Below, one piece after another: positions 33,666 to 34,923 of a stretch of 34,923 nucleotides of DNA. The notes under the pieces are model-generated. The model saw nothing but the letters and a program-made list of their open reading frames with translations. It had not been told where the DNA came from and made no database searches. Each line of letters opens with the position of its first letter. Position 1 is the stretch's first letter. Source of the DNA: Bacteroidota bacterium (GTDB lineage: Bacteria > Bacteroidota > Rhodothermia > Rhodothermales > JBCCMF01). Where the stretch lies: NCBI GenBank assembly GCA_039026435.1, contig JBCCMF010000005.1, positions 1 to 34,923 of the forward strand. The letters are read 5' to 3'. The position numbers and the translations under genes were made by a program.

Positions 33666-34436
33666 CTACAGGTGAGCGGTAAGATAACGCGTGATCTCCA
33701 CGAACAGGTCGGGGGGCACGGCATCGGCGCGAAGTTTTTCCCACGACTCGGGCAGGCGGATGCCACGCTCGCGCGTCCAGGCGCCGAGGCTGTTGTGGAG
33801 CGTCTTGCGGCGCTGGTTGAAGGCCGCCCGCACGACCTCGCTCACGGCTGCGCGTTCGATGTCGGGCGGCGACTGGTCGAACGTGAGTCGCACGATGGCG
33901 CTGTCCACGCCGGGCTTCGGGAAGAACACGTTGCGCGACACCTTGAAGAGCAGCTTCGGGCGTGACCACAGCTGCGTCTGCACGCTGAGGGTGCCGTACG
34001 TCTTCGTCCGTGGCGGCGCCACCAGCCGGTCCGCGACTTCCTTCTGCATCATCAGGAGGGCTGATTCGAGGTGCGTATAGGCGTCTAGCAGCCCAAACAG
34101 GATCGGCGTGGTGATGTAGTACGGCAGGTTGCCGATGACATGGAGCGGCGCGTCGTGCTCAGCCCGGAGCGCGGCCCAGTCCGTCGTCAGCACGTCTTGA
34201 TGGCGCACATCCAGCCCCGGATGCTGCTCGCGCAGGTAGCGGATGGCGCGGTAGTCCACTTCCAGCGCCGTCACGTGCCGGAACCGCTCGCGCAGCAGCC
34301 CCGTCAGCGCCCCCAGCCCGGGCCCGATCTCCACCACATGCGCGTCCTCGGGCGCAGGCAGCGCCGCCACAATCTTTCGGATCGTGTTCGGGTCTTGCAA
34401 GAAGTTCTGCCCGAGGCTCTTCTTCGGCTTAATCAT
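33666..34436 (-). CDS. rsmA: 16S rRNA (adenine1518/1519-N6)-dimethyltransferase RsmA/KsgA.
   Basis: N-terminal KSLGQNFLQDPNTIRKIV, SAM-binding VVEIGPGLGALT, and the NLPYYITTPILF motif. Confidence 0.9.
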   Translation of the reverse strand: MIKPKKSLGQNFLQDPNTIRKIVAALPAPEDAHVVEIGPGLGALTGLLRERFRHVTALEVDYRAIRYLREQHPGLDVRHQDVLTTDWAALRAEHDAPLHVIGNLPYYITTPILFGLLDAYTHLESALLMMQKEVADRLVAPPRTKTYGTLSVQTQLWSRPKLLFKVSRNVFFPKPGVDSAIVRLTFDQSPPDIERAAVSEVVRAAFNQRRKTLHNSLGAWTRERGIRLPESWEKLRADAVPPDLFVEITRYLTAHL

Positions 34437-34516
34437 GGCTTGGGATTAGCGGTTCGGTGTTCGGACGCGCTGCGCGCTGTTGGGGCTCGAGTAGATGGAA
34501 TGGCGCCATGCTGCAC

Positions 34517-34550
34517 AATTGTCATCCCGAGCGCAGCCGAGAGCGCGAAG
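34517..34550. repeat. Partial degenerate copy of the palindromic-element core (ATTGTCATCCCGAGCG...) in the rsmA-aroA spacer.
   Basis: The first 15-16 nt are identical to the arm of the 9229-9336 element. The rest is diverged and there is no inverted partner. Confidence 0.35.
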
Positions 34551-34775
34551 CACACCGCAGGTAAATCTCCCCCGTCTGAGTAAGCACATCGTGGAGGTAG
34601 AGACAACGCCTCCCTCGAGGGAGGTGGGCCGCCGAGAGGCGGGTCGGAGGGTGTATCGGCTCACTGTTGAAGTGGTGCTCGGTACACCCACAGCCCTTCG
34701 GGTAGCCCTACTACGAGGAGGCGGTTGCGCAGTGCAGTGCGGAAAAACGTGCATACTGTTGTCCGTGATCAGGTA

Positions 34776-34923
34776 TCACTCACCCTGCCCGGCGATCAGG
34801 CGGAGCTGCGTCCAGAAGCTCGGGAAGGATACGCTGGCGACGTCGGCTTCATGAACCACCGTCGCGCCTTGTGCTACCAGCCCTGCCACGCCCATCGCCA
34901 TTGCGATGCGGTGGTCGTCGTAG
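34776..34923 (-). CDS. aroA: 3-phosphoshikimate 1-carboxyvinyltransferase (EPSP synthase), C-terminal 48 codons only. The gene continues beyond the window end.
   Basis: Minus-strand translation gives ...[48 protein letters not shown], the conserved EPSP synthase C-terminus (DHRIAM...FP.F...L). The stop lies at 34776-34778. Confidence 0.75.
   Translation of the reverse strand, partial: YDDHRIAMAMGVAGLVAQGATVVHEADVASVSFPSFWTQLRLIAGQGE

Overview
High-GC window (about 66% GC, GC3 above 80% in real genes). The gene content suggests a Bacteroidota/Rhodothermota-like genome (fused E1 alpha/beta dehydrogenase, DUF2480, DUF4342, very large FN3-repeat surface protein); this taxonomic guess is inference only.

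Layout, 5' to 3':
(i) 1-5657: a very large secreted repeat protein on the minus strand, with a signal peptide, beta-propeller-like repeats and tandem FN3-like modules. Its 3' end runs out of the window.
(ii) 5829-7883: a divergently transcribed hybrid PAS-GAF sensor histidine kinase with an atypical receiver domain.
(iii) 7997-9187: a KamA-family radical-SAM lysine 2,3-aminomutase. It is followed by a 600-bp spacer holding a palindromic REP/MITE-like element and a candidate small ORF.
(iv) 9792-22864: a long minus-strand housekeeping block. In order: DUF2480-like protein, cysteine desulfurase, flotillin, NfeD, MATE efflux pump, FNR-like oxidoreductase, periplasmic histidine phosphatase, chorismate mutase (+), beta-CASP MBL hydrolase, lipase (+), a hypothetical protein, fused 2-oxoacid dehydrogenase E1 alpha/beta, and DUF4342.
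(v) 23185-32165: the most interesting part. This is a compact, co-directional type IV pilus (type IV filament) module made of a non-canonical pilin-like protein, PilC-like platform protein, an enlarged PilB-like ATPase with duplicated N-terminal domains, a PilT-like retraction ATPase with an N-terminal extension, a PilM-PilN fusion and a PilO-PilP fusion. No prepilin peptidase or secretin lies inside the module.
(vi) 32196-34923: mgtE, rsmA/ksgA and the C-terminal end of aroA, all on the minus strand.

Many long antisense or off-frame ORFs in the supplied track are GC-driven artefacts and were rejected. Some ORF-track 'M' starts are GTG or TTG codons, so several starts were re-evaluated.
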